DNA of 64,000 bases, taken from Clostridiales bacterium (GTDB lineage: Bacteria; Bacillota; Clostridia; Saccharofermentanales; Saccharofermentanaceae). The translations under genes and the position numbers were made by a program. Numbering within the stretch: position 1 is the stretch's first letter; the number at the start of each line of letters is the position of its first letter. Positions 31,441-41,020 of this stretch are shown here, piece by piece. The notes below the pieces were generated by a model. It saw only the letters and a program-made list of their open reading frames with translations. It did no database searches and was not told the DNA's origin. Location: the NCBI GenBank assembly GCA_017513085.1, contig JAFWDK010000018.1, forward strand, positions 36,679-100,678. Reading direction: 5' to 3'.

Positions 31441-31510
31441 GAAAAAAGCCTTTTGCAACACATATATCCAGACACAAAGTCAGACGGATCGTTGCAAAAG
31501 GCATTTTTTT
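31441..31510. terminator. Long bidirectional hairpin between ssrA and the convergent CDS
   Basis: AAAAAAGCCTTTTGCAAC...GTTGCAAAAGGCATTTTTT. Confidence 0.75.
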
Positions 31511-32681
31511 ACTTAACGATGGTAATATTCTCTTTTCTCTCGTAGAAAAGCTTCAGATGGTTGGTAATATTCTCACCGACGCGCTGAAAAGTCTGCATAT
31601 TCAGTTGCATACCGTTCAAGTGCTCCTTCGCGACGCGGCCGATGGCACCGAAAATATCCTGATCTTCCTCAAGTGTATCCACAATGATCAGGTGGTCCTG
31701 ACTCTCTTCCTTACGAGTCTCCGACTTAGGATGCACCATAATACCATACCAGGCTCTCTGTACACGAGGTTCCTTGGCAAAATACTCCTTGACCGCATTG
31801 AAAAGTTCTTCCGGCTCCTTGCCTTCATTCGGTATAGCCAGCATGAGTGGTTCATTCTTATCGATTTTCTGCTCACGGATATTATTGTCGATATTCTTCT
31901 TCTGATGCTCGATACGATCGAGAAGTTCCTTAGGAACCACAAAGCCTTCCGTAGACGGATTCAGTGCCAGGCCATTGCAATCAGAATTGTCCACGATCGT
32001 CTTAGCTTCTTTAAAATCTAGAGGCTTGATCAGCTTCTCATTAATACCATTCGCCTGCTCAAGTTCATAAGTATCCGTGAAAGCAGGAAGGAATGTATTC
32101 TCACCATTTCTCAGAAGCGCCAGACCGATCTTGCCTTCTTCCTTACCGCCTTCCGGCGCATGCATCATAGGTGTGATCAGGACCGCTTCATTAACCAGGT
32201 ACTCGATCAGACGTCCCATATACTCATTATTGGTTATATGATCATTCGCTTTGACATCACGCAAAAGACCTGTCAGATACGGATTCACCACATCAGACGG
32301 TTTATCCTCTTCCGCAGACATACAGTTCACGGATGAAAGAACATCATACTTCACGATATCGCCCTGCTTCAGTCCATCGAGCACCAAAGAAGCATTGGTA
32401 TTCTCCTCGGCAACCGCAATCTTGCTGAGCATCTCATCCTGAATACTTCTGACCGTAGTTTTAAGCGATCTTCCGGAACGTCCCAGGAGGAACATCGTAT
32501 CGCCCACTTTAATATCTCCGCCATGAACATTACCAAGAACGGAAACCTCCGCCGATGTCAAAGCAAGGACATCCTCGATCACCAAGGTGACGATAGGAAA
32601 AATCCCATCCTTCTTCGGCACGATCTGTTCTTCATTTTTCTCGCCTTCCGGCTTTCCCTTTTTTCTGTCAAATAATCCCAT
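31509..32681 (-). CDS. SseB/SseB_C-domain protein with N-terminal EF-Tu domain II-like beta-barrel
   Basis: N-term IEDV...LGNVHGGDIKVGD...TTVRSIQ...GDIVKYDVL; middle PAFTD..EL...GLALNP (SseB); C-term SseB_C-like (AVKEYF...VQRAW...HLIIVD). Confidence 0.65.
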   Translation of the reverse strand: MGLFDRKKGKPEGEKNEEQIVPKKDGIFPIVTLVIEDVLALTSAEVSVLGNVHGGDIKVGDTMFLLGRSGRSLKTTVRSIQDEMLSKIAVAEENTNASLVLDGLKQGDIVKYDVLSSVNCMSAEEDKPSDVVNPYLTGLLRDVKANDHITNNEYMGRLIEYLVNEAVLITPMMHAPEGGKEEGKIGLALLRNGENTFLPAFTDTYELEQANGINEKLIKPLDFKEAKTIVDNSDCNGLALNPSTEGFVVPKELLDRIEHQKKNIDNNIREQKIDKNEPLMLAIPNEGKEPEELFNAVKEYFAKEPRVQRAWYGIMVHPKSETRKEESQDHLIIVDTLEEDQDIFGAIGRVAKEHLNGMQLNMQTFQRVGENITNHLKLFYERKENITIVK

Positions 32682-32726
32682 TTTTCCCTTATCCTTTAAT
32701 ATATTTATTTACGATGCTAACTTAGA

Positions 32727-33857
32727 TCAACCGTATTCAACTTCCGCCTTCACGATTCTTTCCCAAAGAACATTCACGCCATCCGACAAAGAATTGACGA
32801 GGATCGGAATGGATATTGAATTGGCATTGATCGGATTCAGTTTCACTTTATCGAATCGGTCTTTCCGAATAAAGAAATAATTCGAACATGTACTGTAAGG
32901 CGCTATGTATATCGTTTGCGAACCAAGCTCATCAAAAACAGTATCATCGACCATGATCGTCTTATCCTTCAGTTTCAACTGAAGATAGTCACCCGTCTTA
33001 TTTCGGAATGTATAGTGAATGATCATCTGAGAGTCGTTAAGATCAAAACTATCAATACTAAAAAGAGCTCCCTCCGTATCGACCAGGATATCAGCCGTAT
33101 CCGGCAATGCAGCTTCTTCGTATACAAAAGCATCCTCGCCCTGCGGGAAAAGATTCACCAGAACATAATTGCAGTTGTTATCCGAAATCGGGTAAATCGT
33201 ATTTTTGTTTTCAGGATCCGTAGCAAGAAGCAAGAACGAGATCCTGGTCAGATCCTGCCCATTATAGTTAGAGACACATTTGGCAAAATCTGTCGTATCT
33301 TGAAGAACAGATTTCGGCTCCATTGGCGCATCGATATAGAAATAGAAATCATTGGTTTCATTATCGACGGTCGGATTCATAAAACGAAGTCCAAAAGAAC
33401 TATCCGTCTTATTCTCGAATTCGCCGTGCACATAATAATGCTCGGCATCTTTTTCCACTTTAAAAATCGTATAACGGAAATACTGATTATCAATAACATT
33501 AACCTTTTCAAGGGTTCCGCTATAGTAACCTCTGCCATCATTACTCAAACCGAGAGGAGCCTGGGAAACAGGAATAGGAGTAGGCGTCGGCAAAACAACA
33601 TCTTCTGCAAAAATACTTCCGTCGCTGATAAACTGATCCAAAGAAAGAACATCCAGAGAAGGTTCAGAAACGGTCGCTTTAGTCGCCTTGGTCGTAGTTT
33701 CGTCCTCGTCCTCATCTTCATCGTCCTCGTCTTCCTCGGAAGCCGTAGACTTGGCCGCAACCTTATCCGTGTTCTTCTTACAGGCACTTAAAGAGAAAAG
33801 AAAAACAGATAAACTAAGGATCACAGAAAGAAACTGAATCAGCTTGCTTCTCTTCAT
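32727..33857 (-). CDS. Hypothetical lipoprotein with acidic linker and two Ig-like repeats
   Basis: Signal peptide with LSAC lipobox, EEDEDDEDEDEDE tract; start at ATG 33857 behind GGAGG. Confidence 0.7.
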   Translation of the reverse strand: MKRSKLIQFLSVILSLSVFLFSLSACKKNTDKVAAKSTASEEDEDDEDEDEDETTTKATKATVSEPSLDVLSLDQFISDGSIFAEDVVLPTPTPIPVSQAPLGLSNDGRGYYSGTLEKVNVIDNQYFRYTIFKVEKDAEHYYVHGEFENKTDSSFGLRFMNPTVDNETNDFYFYIDAPMEPKSVLQDTTDFAKCVSNYNGQDLTRISFLLLATDPENKNTIYPISDNNCNYVLVNLFPQGEDAFVYEEAALPDTADILVDTEGALFSIDSFDLNDSQMIIHYTFRNKTGDYLQLKLKDKTIMVDDTVFDELGSQTIYIAPYSTCSNYFFIRKDRFDKVKLNPINANSISIPILVNSLSDGVNVLWERIVKAEVEYG

Positions 33858-33930
33858 TTCGCCGCCTCCAAATACATATACTTCTATTGATTTTATCACA
33901 TATTCAGAAATGCACAACTAAACATATAGC

Positions 33931-33977
33931 AAGAAAAATGCCAGGTTACCTGATCTGTGGGGTACCGGGCATTTTTC
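33931..33977 (-). terminator. Terminator-like hairpin
   Basis: GAAAAATGCC.GGT.ACC...GGT.ACC.GGCATTTTTC imperfect stem. Confidence 0.6.
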
Positions 33978-34090
33978 ACGGATGCTGAAACAATATTTTG
34001 AGGACGATATCGTTTACTAGTATTCTAGCACTTATACCATATCTTGAAAAGTATCTTTTGAAAAATTCTTTCTAAATTTTTCCTTATGTT

Positions 34091-35260
34091 TTAATGGCGG
34101 GGCATAGTACTGATAAACTGCGCAATTCCCTGACAGATCGTAAATTGATACTCCTCTTTCAGAAGTTTTGCTTCCTCATCGCTATTGGAAAGATAACCCA
34201 TACGCACCATAAAAGCCGGAACATCCTGCGCCCAGTTCAATCCACTATAACTTCCGCTTTGCTTGCAACCATTAAAAGCACTTCCGGAAGAAACTGAGAT
34301 GTTCTTGCCAAGATTCTCGCCCCATGTCATCACTTCAGATGCATATTTTCCACCGGAAGGAACGATCACTTCACAACCATTCGTCGCCGAATCATTCGCA
34401 GCATTACAAAAGAGACGGATATAAAGGTCCGGATCATGCGATACCGCAAACTGAGCTCTTTCCTTATTGGATATATCTACATCATTGCTTTCTCTGGTAA
34501 CGTACACTTCACATCCGAGTGATTCGAGATACGATTTCAAAAGCAGCTCTACCGACAAATTGATCTCTGATTCATTGATACCACTGATCACTCCGGAGAA
34601 TCCTTCTGCCGATTTTGCTTTCGAGCCACCCATGGAATCAGACATCGCTTCCTGACTAAGATTAGCTACTTCCTGATGTCCGGCATCGATCACCACACAA
34701 TAGCCATTAAGATTCGGACCGCCGGCCGGGAACGGAGTCGTTGCCGGTGTTGGTGTCGCAGTGGGTTCTGCCGTTGTCGTCATCTCGGTGGTTTCAGAAG
34801 TTGTTACTTCGGACGTAGTCTCCTCCGAAGTCGCCAAAGTAGTGGTTTCAGTAGACGTAACGGTAGTCAGTGTAGTTTTCTTTTCTCCGCTGAAGTGTTT
34901 CACCAGAAAGAAGATACCTGTACCGATCAGTGCCAGGATCAGAATAGCCGCTGTGCCCAGAAGAATGGCTGCATTTCTCTTTCTGCGCCGTATCTCTTCT
35001 TTGCTTTTTCTGGGAGGCATAGTACGACGGGTCCCGGATACATGATGATTGGGAGATTCCGGCTTGTGCACCGGTGCTTTTGCCGGATGAGAGGGCGCTT
35101 GCGCTTTGGCAGGCTGCTGGGCTTTGGATACATTTGAATCTGCCGACACACGTCTGATGCCGGAGAGCATATTCTCTTGCTTCTTCTGGTTTATGTCAGC
35201 GGATTTCTTCGGGTCCGGGCGATTCTGATTTCCCTTTGGGTTGCCTTTTTCTTTATCCAT
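34091..35260 (-). CDS. Membrane-anchored Amidase_3 (N-acetylmuramoyl-L-alanine amidase) homolog, probably inactive
   Basis: Disordered basic N-term, one TM, Thr-rich stalk, then IDAGH...E...TR...RA; third Zn ligand site reads RLFCN and catalytic Glu site reads VRMGY. Confidence 0.82.
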   Translation of the reverse strand: MDKEKGNPKGNQNRPDPKKSADINQKKQENMLSGIRRVSADSNVSKAQQPAKAQAPSHPAKAPVHKPESPNHHVSGTRRTMPPRKSKEEIRRRKRNAAILLGTAAILILALIGTGIFFLVKHFSGEKKTTLTTVTSTETTTLATSEETTSEVTTSETTEMTTTAEPTATPTPATTPFPAGGPNLNGYCVVIDAGHQEVANLSQEAMSDSMGGSKAKSAEGFSGVISGINESEINLSVELLLKSYLESLGCEVYVTRESNDVDISNKERAQFAVSHDPDLYIRLFCNAANDSATNGCEVIVPSGGKYASEVMTWGENLGKNISVSSGSAFNGCKQSGSYSGLNWAQDVPAFMVRMGYLSNSDEEAKLLKEEYQFTICQGIAQFISTMPRH

Positions 35261-35466
35261 AGTATTTACCTCTTTTTCCCATTCAAAAGGATTGTAACAT
35301 AAACTCGTCTTCTCCTTTTTTACATTCTCTGTACTTATATTACAATTTGTCACCGATGCTATATCCGGGAAATAAGAAGTTTTCTCGAATTTCCACAAAT
35401 TGTTTTGATTTCTCGGACGCCGTAGTATACAATAACAAAGTACGTTGGTTTTATAAGGGGATTGTC

Positions 35467-36615
35467 ATGACCAAAGAAGCAATTGTTATCGGATTAGGCT
35501 TATCCGGATGTGTCGCCGCCAGACTTCTGGCAGATGCCGGTTATTCCGTTTCTTGTTTTGAAAAAGAATCCCATATCGGAGGAAATCTTTTTGAAGAGAT
35601 CCGACCGAACGGTCAACGCGTCCAGCTTTATGGTCCTCACATCTTTCACACGGATAATGAAGATGTCTACACTTTTTTGAAGCGTTTCGGGAATTTTTAT
35701 CCTTATACACATCGCGTTCTTGCCGATGTATCCGGTAAAGTAGTACCGGTTCCCGTTAATTTCACTTCTCTTTCCAAACTGTTCAATACCAGACAGGCGT
35801 CGATCCTTACAGAAAAACTGACAAGTGTTTTCGGCGTCGACAAACGGATTTCTCCGGATGAGCTACTGTCCAGCGGAGATAATACCTTGATCGGACTCGG
35901 GAAGTATTTAGTGGAGAACCTTCAGATCCCGAATATCAATCGTGTCAGTGAGGAATCCCAGATTGCCTGCGATGATTCCTATATGTATGATACTTTCGTT
36001 GAAACCGGAGATAATGACAATTATTATCCGGATAAATATCAGGCTATGCCGATCCTGGGCTTTCTCCCTCTTCTGGAGAATATGCTCTCTCACCCGAAGA
36101 TCTCCTACCAGACCAATACTGATGGGTTTGCGCGTCTTTCACTGGTGGAAGAGACAGGTTCTTTTCTGTTTGATGGAATCCCGTTTAAGGGTCCGGTCAT
36201 TTTCACCCCTTCTCTGGATATTCTTTTTGATTACCGTTTCGGGCATCTTCCCTTTAGAATATCCAATATCACACATGAGGACATCGATCAGGACTACTAT
36301 CTCGATAGTGCTGTTTTGACTAATGCCCATGATGCTTCTTGTGTTCGTATTTTTGAAAATAAGTATTTAACTCTGATCGATACGCCCGGCACGACCAGCA
36401 TCTGCAAGGAAAGTTCATACTCCAAGGTCATCAACAAGCAGTTTGAACCATTCGAACCGGCTATTAATAAAGAGAGCCTTCGTATCTACGGGAAATATGC
36501 ACGGCTTGCCGGTAAATTCCATTCCCTTATCCTGTTAGGCAGATTGGCTTGTTATAAGAATATGTCGATTTCTGATTGCATCGAGCAGGCCATGAAGGAA
36601 CTACCGGTTAAATAA
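35467..36615 (+). CDS. UDP-galactopyranose mutase (Glf)-like flavoprotein, divergent
   Basis: GLGLSG, HIGGN, YGPHIFHT, DKYQAMP, LGRLACY retained; substrate-binding motifs eroded; ATG 35467. Confidence 0.8.
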   Translation: MTKEAIVIGLGLSGCVAARLLADAGYSVSCFEKESHIGGNLFEEIRPNGQRVQLYGPHIFHTDNEDVYTFLKRFGNFYPYTHRVLADVSGKVVPVPVNFTSLSKLFNTRQASILTEKLTSVFGVDKRISPDELLSSGDNTLIGLGKYLVENLQIPNINRVSEESQIACDDSYMYDTFVETGDNDNYYPDKYQAMPILGFLPLLENMLSHPKISYQTNTDGFARLSLVEETGSFLFDGIPFKGPVIFTPSLDILFDYRFGHLPFRISNITHEDIDQDYYLDSAVLTNAHDASCVRIFENKYLTLIDTPGTTSICKESSYSKVINKQFEPFEPAINKESLRIYGKYARLAGKFHSLILLGRLACYKNMSISDCIEQAMKELPVK

Positions 36616-36646
36616 TCCGGATCCGTCATTTATTCTTCACCGTTTT

Positions 36647-38077
36647 TCAGTCGTTCTCCACCGAGTTTACGGAAACATAGATATCTTCCGGCTTTTGCAT
36701 GTCTACACGGAAATAAACGCTATCCGAACACTTCACTTTAATGAGCATATTCCAGGAACCGGTAGAATTTACCTCAGCAAAATCAATATATGCTTCAAGA
36801 TTAGAAGTATTCAGTTTATCGATCACATTCTTTCGGCCAACGATACGCACCGTGACTTCCTGAACGATCGGGTAATTGTTGACAGTCAGATTTCTCTCCG
36901 TCAGCATCGCATCATTTTCATAACGCAACGGAAGCGTGTACGTCTTCTCGGTAACCGGATTGGTCGTAACCTGAATATACATCCAAAGGAAAATAGAAAA
37001 CAAAAACGAAATCAGAAGAAGCCATACACGGCCGGACTTCTTCGCACCTTTTCTCGCCCGGCGCGAAGCAACGACCGGAACAGATTCGGCTTCTGCTTTT
37101 TTTGTATCGCTGTTCTTTGTTTCACTATTCTTGGCAGTAACAAGGATCGGCGCATCCTGAGCTTCCAGCTCCTGCTTCTTCGTCTTCTTGGAATTCTTCT
37201 TGGAACGTACGGTAAGACGGCCCTTGGAATTGGAAAGACCGAGCAGATAAGAAAGATTCTTCTTCAGTTCCTGTCCGTCCTTCATCTCATAGAGAACGCC
37301 CTCCACCGCAATGGACATCGTTCCTCTTTCCTCGGAAACAACGATCGCTATTGTATCTCCGATCTCACTTGCACCAACTGCCGCTCTGTGACGAGTACCG
37401 TATCTTTCCAGAGAATGGAAGGTTTCTGCTAACGGGACATGGCAACGTGCTGCCACGATCCTGCCGTCACGGATCAGCAACGCACCATCATGCATCGGAG
37501 AACCCTTGTAGAAGATCGACTGCAACATGGAATTGGTAACGGAAGAATCCAGTAACACAACATTCTCCTGTTTCAGCAATTCACCCAGGCGGGTACTCCT
37601 CTCGATCAGCATGATCGCGCCGGTATAGGTCTTGCTCATCTCTGTGCAAGCCTTGACGATCTCATCGACCATACTCACGAAACGAAGCTGTTCGTCACCA
37701 TCTTCATTTACGATCACGCTCGATAACGAAGAAAATGACTTTAAGCCGACCGTCTCCAGCGCATGACGGAGTTCAGGCTGGAAAATTACGACAAACAGGA
37801 TCGCAACAATGTAAAGAAGTTTATTGAACAAGTATCCGACCATTTCCAGTCCCAGGAAACTGCAGACTAAAATGAAACCCATGATCAGCAGGACACCTTT
37901 CAGAAGCTGCCATGCACGGGTATCGCGGATAATGCGAAGAAGACTGTACATTAAGAATGTGACCAGAAGGATATCGATGATATATCTGACAAGATCCAAT
38001 GGTCCGCCGAAAAAGAGGTAGCCGCTATCCAAACTTGAAAAGATCTCACGTACAAAATCCGAAAGCTTTTCAAACAT
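36647..38077 (-). CDS. cdaA: Diadenylate cyclase CdaA/DacA fused to a C-terminal TM + YbbR (CdaR-like) domain
   Basis: N-terminal TMs, FQPELR, MHDGA, GTRHRAA, VVSEERG; then ISFLFSIFLWMYI...NP...VTVRIVG...AYIDF (YbbR-like). Confidence 0.88.
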   Translation of the reverse strand: MFEKLSDFVREIFSSLDSGYLFFGGPLDLVRYIIDILLVTFLMYSLLRIIRDTRAWQLLKGVLLIMGFILVCSFLGLEMVGYLFNKLLYIVAILFVVIFQPELRHALETVGLKSFSSLSSVIVNEDGDEQLRFVSMVDEIVKACTEMSKTYTGAIMLIERSTRLGELLKQENVVLLDSSVTNSMLQSIFYKGSPMHDGALLIRDGRIVAARCHVPLAETFHSLERYGTRHRAAVGASEIGDTIAIVVSEERGTMSIAVEGVLYEMKDGQELKKNLSYLLGLSNSKGRLTVRSKKNSKKTKKQELEAQDAPILVTAKNSETKNSDTKKAEAESVPVVASRRARKGAKKSGRVWLLLISFLFSIFLWMYIQVTTNPVTEKTYTLPLRYENDAMLTERNLTVNNYPIVQEVTVRIVGRKNVIDKLNTSNLEAYIDFAEVNSTGSWNMLIKVKCSDSVYFRVDMQKPEDIYVSVNSVEND

Positions 38078-38141
38078 ATCCGTAACGTACCTCCTTCTCT
38101 AAAAGCTCATATAATTATAACATATCAATAAGAACGAATTG

Positions 38142-38843
38142 TTACGAATCTTCGTCCTTACTTTCTTTATCATCCTCAGAAATGATATGCTCCAGTCTGC
38201 TCCGATCTTTGATCCTGACTTTACGTCCTTCCACTTCAAGGATCCCTTCCTGACAAAGCAGTGCCAGTTCACGGGAAAAACTCGGACGCGGTATGGCCAG
38301 ATACTTCGCCAGCATCTCTCTTGACGCGGGAAGCGTTACTTCGTTCTGATCCTTGGAAACAAGAGATTCACGGATAAAACAGCAAACCTTCTGACGCAGG
38401 CTTTTCTGAGCAAGTATAGCTATATGCCGGTTCTTTTGAAGCAGACCGGACGATAGAAGTCTAAAAAAACACAATTGAAACTGCGTATTCTTATCGATAA
38501 GAGAGACGATCGCTTTTTTCGTAAAAAAGCAAAGTTCCGATGTTGAACAGGAAACCACGGTATAAGGAAAGCGGCTATCGTCTTCAAAAAGCAGTTCTTC
38601 CCCGATACAGGAACCGTTATCCAGAAGATCGACCATGACCGCATCACCTTCCTGATCGTAGATCTCGATGGCTACTTCCCCTTTGATGACCAGCGCCATG
38701 CCTTCGCAAGGATCTCCCTGAGCAAGGATCATACCGTCTTTCTTAAACGAACGCACTCTCGAGGCCAGACATAGTTCTTCCAGGCTTTTCTCATCCAGCC
38801 CGGAAAAGAGTTCTGTCTTACTCAAGATCTCTTTCAGCGTCAT
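38142..38843 (-). CDS. Crp/Fnr family transcriptional regulator
   Basis: cNMP-binding barrel (QGD...GEV...IGE) and HTH (SREMLAKYLAIPRPSFSREL). Confidence 0.9.
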   Translation of the reverse strand: MTLKEILSKTELFSGLDEKSLEELCLASRVRSFKKDGMILAQGDPCEGMALVIKGEVAIEIYDQEGDAVMVDLLDNGSCIGEELLFEDDSRFPYTVVSCSTSELCFFTKKAIVSLIDKNTQFQLCFFRLLSSGLLQKNRHIAILAQKSLRQKVCCFIRESLVSKDQNEVTLPASREMLAKYLAIPRPSFSRELALLCQEGILEVEGRKVRIKDRSRLEHIISEDDKESKDEDS

Positions 38844-38853
38844 GTTTTTCACC

Positions 38854-40023
38854 TTAAGCTGTGACTTCGGAAGAAGCATCGAATACGAGACGTCCTCGCA
38901 CCCATACTTTCTTTACATTGAATTCGTTATCAAAAGCAACCATGTCTGCGAATTTTCCCGGCTCAAGCGTTCCGACCTGCTTTTCGATCCCAAGGACTTT
39001 GGCCGGATTGATCGTACAGGCTTTCAGTGCTGCGCGTAACGGCATTCCCCAGGAAAGAAGGTTCTTAAACTCGGAAAGAAGATCCGTCGTGGATCCGGCA
39101 AGTTTTCCGTCTCCCATATCGGTCCGGCCATTTACCACACGCACCGGCTTGCCTCCAAGGGAATACTCACCATCCGGCATACCTGCTGCACGCATCGCAT
39201 CGGATACGACAACGGCCCTGTCTTCTCCCAGACTCTTCCAGGCTATGCTAAGTACGGAAGGATGAACATGCATGCCATCGCAGATCAGTTCGCATGTTGC
39301 CCGCTCATCAGTAAGCAAAGCACCGACAGCGCCGGGTTCATGGTGCGAAAGCGGACCCATGGCATTGAAAAGATGCGTACCGTGATGCACACCGGCATCG
39401 ATAGCAACTTTGGTCTGCGCATAAGTTGCATTTGTATGAGCTATAGACAGTATAAACTTATCTTTCATGTCTGCTATAAAAGCATCAGCGCCGGAGAGTT
39501 CCGGAGCCAGATCGACGATCTTAACCATATCTTCCGGGAAGCCGGCCAACAGGTCTTCCATATAAGAAACCGAAGGAAGTTCAGCATAGTCCGTATTCTG
39601 CACACCACACTTTTCTTTGGAAAGAAAGGGACCTTCCAGGCGAAGGCCGATCATCTTTGCGCCAAGGGTATCTTGCTCCTGAAATACCTCAGATGCCATA
39701 AGAACATGTTTGAGATCTTCTTTTGAGATCATCATAGTCGTCGGGCAAAAAGAAGTCACCGCATGCGAAGCCAGGTAACGTGAGACCGTCTCAAATCCTT
39801 GCACATTTGCATCCGACGTATCCGCACCATTTGCTCCATGGACATGGATATCTATAAAACCCGGAAAAAGAGTCAGACCTGACAGATCGATCGTCTCCTC
39901 ATCTGCCGGAACAGATAGTATCTCTTTTCCTATGCCCGTGATTCGTCCATTCTCGACAACCACGGTCATATCTTTCTTCATACTGAAATCAGGACCGATC
40001 AGATCCGCATGTGTAAATCTCAT
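38854..40023 (-). CDS. nagA: N-acetylglucosamine-6-phosphate deacetylase
   Basis: PGFIDIHVHG, LEGPF, AHT, THLFNAM, DGMHV, SDAM, LAGS, INPA. Confidence 0.95.
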   Translation of the reverse strand: MRFTHADLIGPDFSMKKDMTVVVENGRITGIGKEILSVPADEETIDLSGLTLFPGFIDIHVHGANGADTSDANVQGFETVSRYLASHAVTSFCPTTMMISKEDLKHVLMASEVFQEQDTLGAKMIGLRLEGPFLSKEKCGVQNTDYAELPSVSYMEDLLAGFPEDMVKIVDLAPELSGADAFIADMKDKFILSIAHTNATYAQTKVAIDAGVHHGTHLFNAMGPLSHHEPGAVGALLTDERATCELICDGMHVHPSVLSIAWKSLGEDRAVVVSDAMRAAGMPDGEYSLGGKPVRVVNGRTDMGDGKLAGSTTDLLSEFKNLLSWGMPLRAALKACTINPAKVLGIEKQVGTLEPGKFADMVAFDNEFNVKKVWVRGRLVFDASSEVTA

Positions 40024-40820
40024 TCTTCGTCTCCTTCGTGCATTCTGTTACATACCAGTTCCTCTCCTAACAAGGTATAACCTTGTCCGCTTCGGATAGT
40101 GTCCATGATATCCTTTATTCCGGAAGGTCTTTGATCCATTGCAAGACCGGCACCCATGTGATGGTCCGGCGCATGACAATCTGATCCGGATGTCATAGGC
40201 AGAGCATGTTCCTGCGCGTAATGAAGTGCTTTTGAATTATAAATCGGATCATGGTTTCCCAGATTTATCACTTCTACCGCATCAACAAGATCCGGATAGA
40301 ATCGATGCTCCGTGATATACCGTGCCTCACGGAACGGGTGTGCATGAATATTCATGCCGCCATGATCACGTATCAGTGTCAGGTAATCTTCTATCGGAAT
40401 CGTCATGATCTCAGGATGTGCCTTCAGCCAGTCTTTTCCTACACCCAGTGTAATAAATTCCGTAGTGAGATAATTGAACTCGAATCCAAAGAAAACAGAA
40501 AAACCGATCTCATCGCCGCACTGCTTCGCTTTCTCATAGGCCAGGCAGTATCGGTCGACCTGTTCTTCCCAAGGCAGTGATCTGTCGATACAGGAGTTTC
40601 CATTCATGAAATGATCAGTAACGATTATTCCGTCATATCCCGCTTGCTTATATGCAAGGACCATCTCCTCAGGCGTGCCTCGTCCGCAAGCAGAACTCTG
40701 AGATGTGTGCATATGTGTTTCCAGACAAAAGCAGTGTTCTCGCGGCTTGATCAAATGAAAGCTCTGCTCGTTTCGTTCGGATCTCATGGTCTTCCTCGTA
40801 TTCATCGGTATGTTTAACAT
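40020..40820 (-). CDS. PHP-domain phosphoesterase
   Basis: THMHT, VTDH, HAHPFR, GSDCH metal ligands. Confidence 0.85.
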   Translation of the reverse strand: MLNIPMNTRKTMRSERNEQSFHLIKPREHCFCLETHMHTSQSSACGRGTPEEMVLAYKQAGYDGIIVTDHFMNGNSCIDRSLPWEEQVDRYCLAYEKAKQCGDEIGFSVFFGFEFNYLTTEFITLGVGKDWLKAHPEIMTIPIEDYLTLIRDHGGMNIHAHPFREARYITEHRFYPDLVDAVEVINLGNHDPIYNSKALHYAQEHALPMTSGSDCHAPDHHMGAGLAMDQRPSGIKDIMDTIRSGQGYTLLGEELVCNRMHEGDEE

Positions 40821-41020
40821 TCTACCCCTAATATATCATTTTGTACACGAACACCTTTTGTATTTTCCCCTTGAAATCGGGTTTCTAACTGATATTAAGG
40901 GCATTTTTCTTCACGAATTTGCACCATTTCGACGAATTCGTAAATCTTGTACACCATTTTCCGGAAAAGAGACTATAATCTAAAGAAAAGATAAAATGAA
41001 AAATTAATAGGAGGATTATT

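Noticed and set aside
31186-31545. Short ORFs overlapping 31057-31435
   Set aside because: They overlap the tmRNA; only the tag frame is meaningful.
31436-33857. Possible genomic island at the ssrA 3' end (and at tRNA-Leu)
   Set aside because: No integrase, no duplicated 3'-end att sequence and no mobile genes were found.
36647-40820. Crp regulator next to the diadenylate cyclase as a c-di-AMP receptor module
   Set aside because: Only adjacency supports it; cdaA has its own TATAAT upstream and crp is coupled to nagA.
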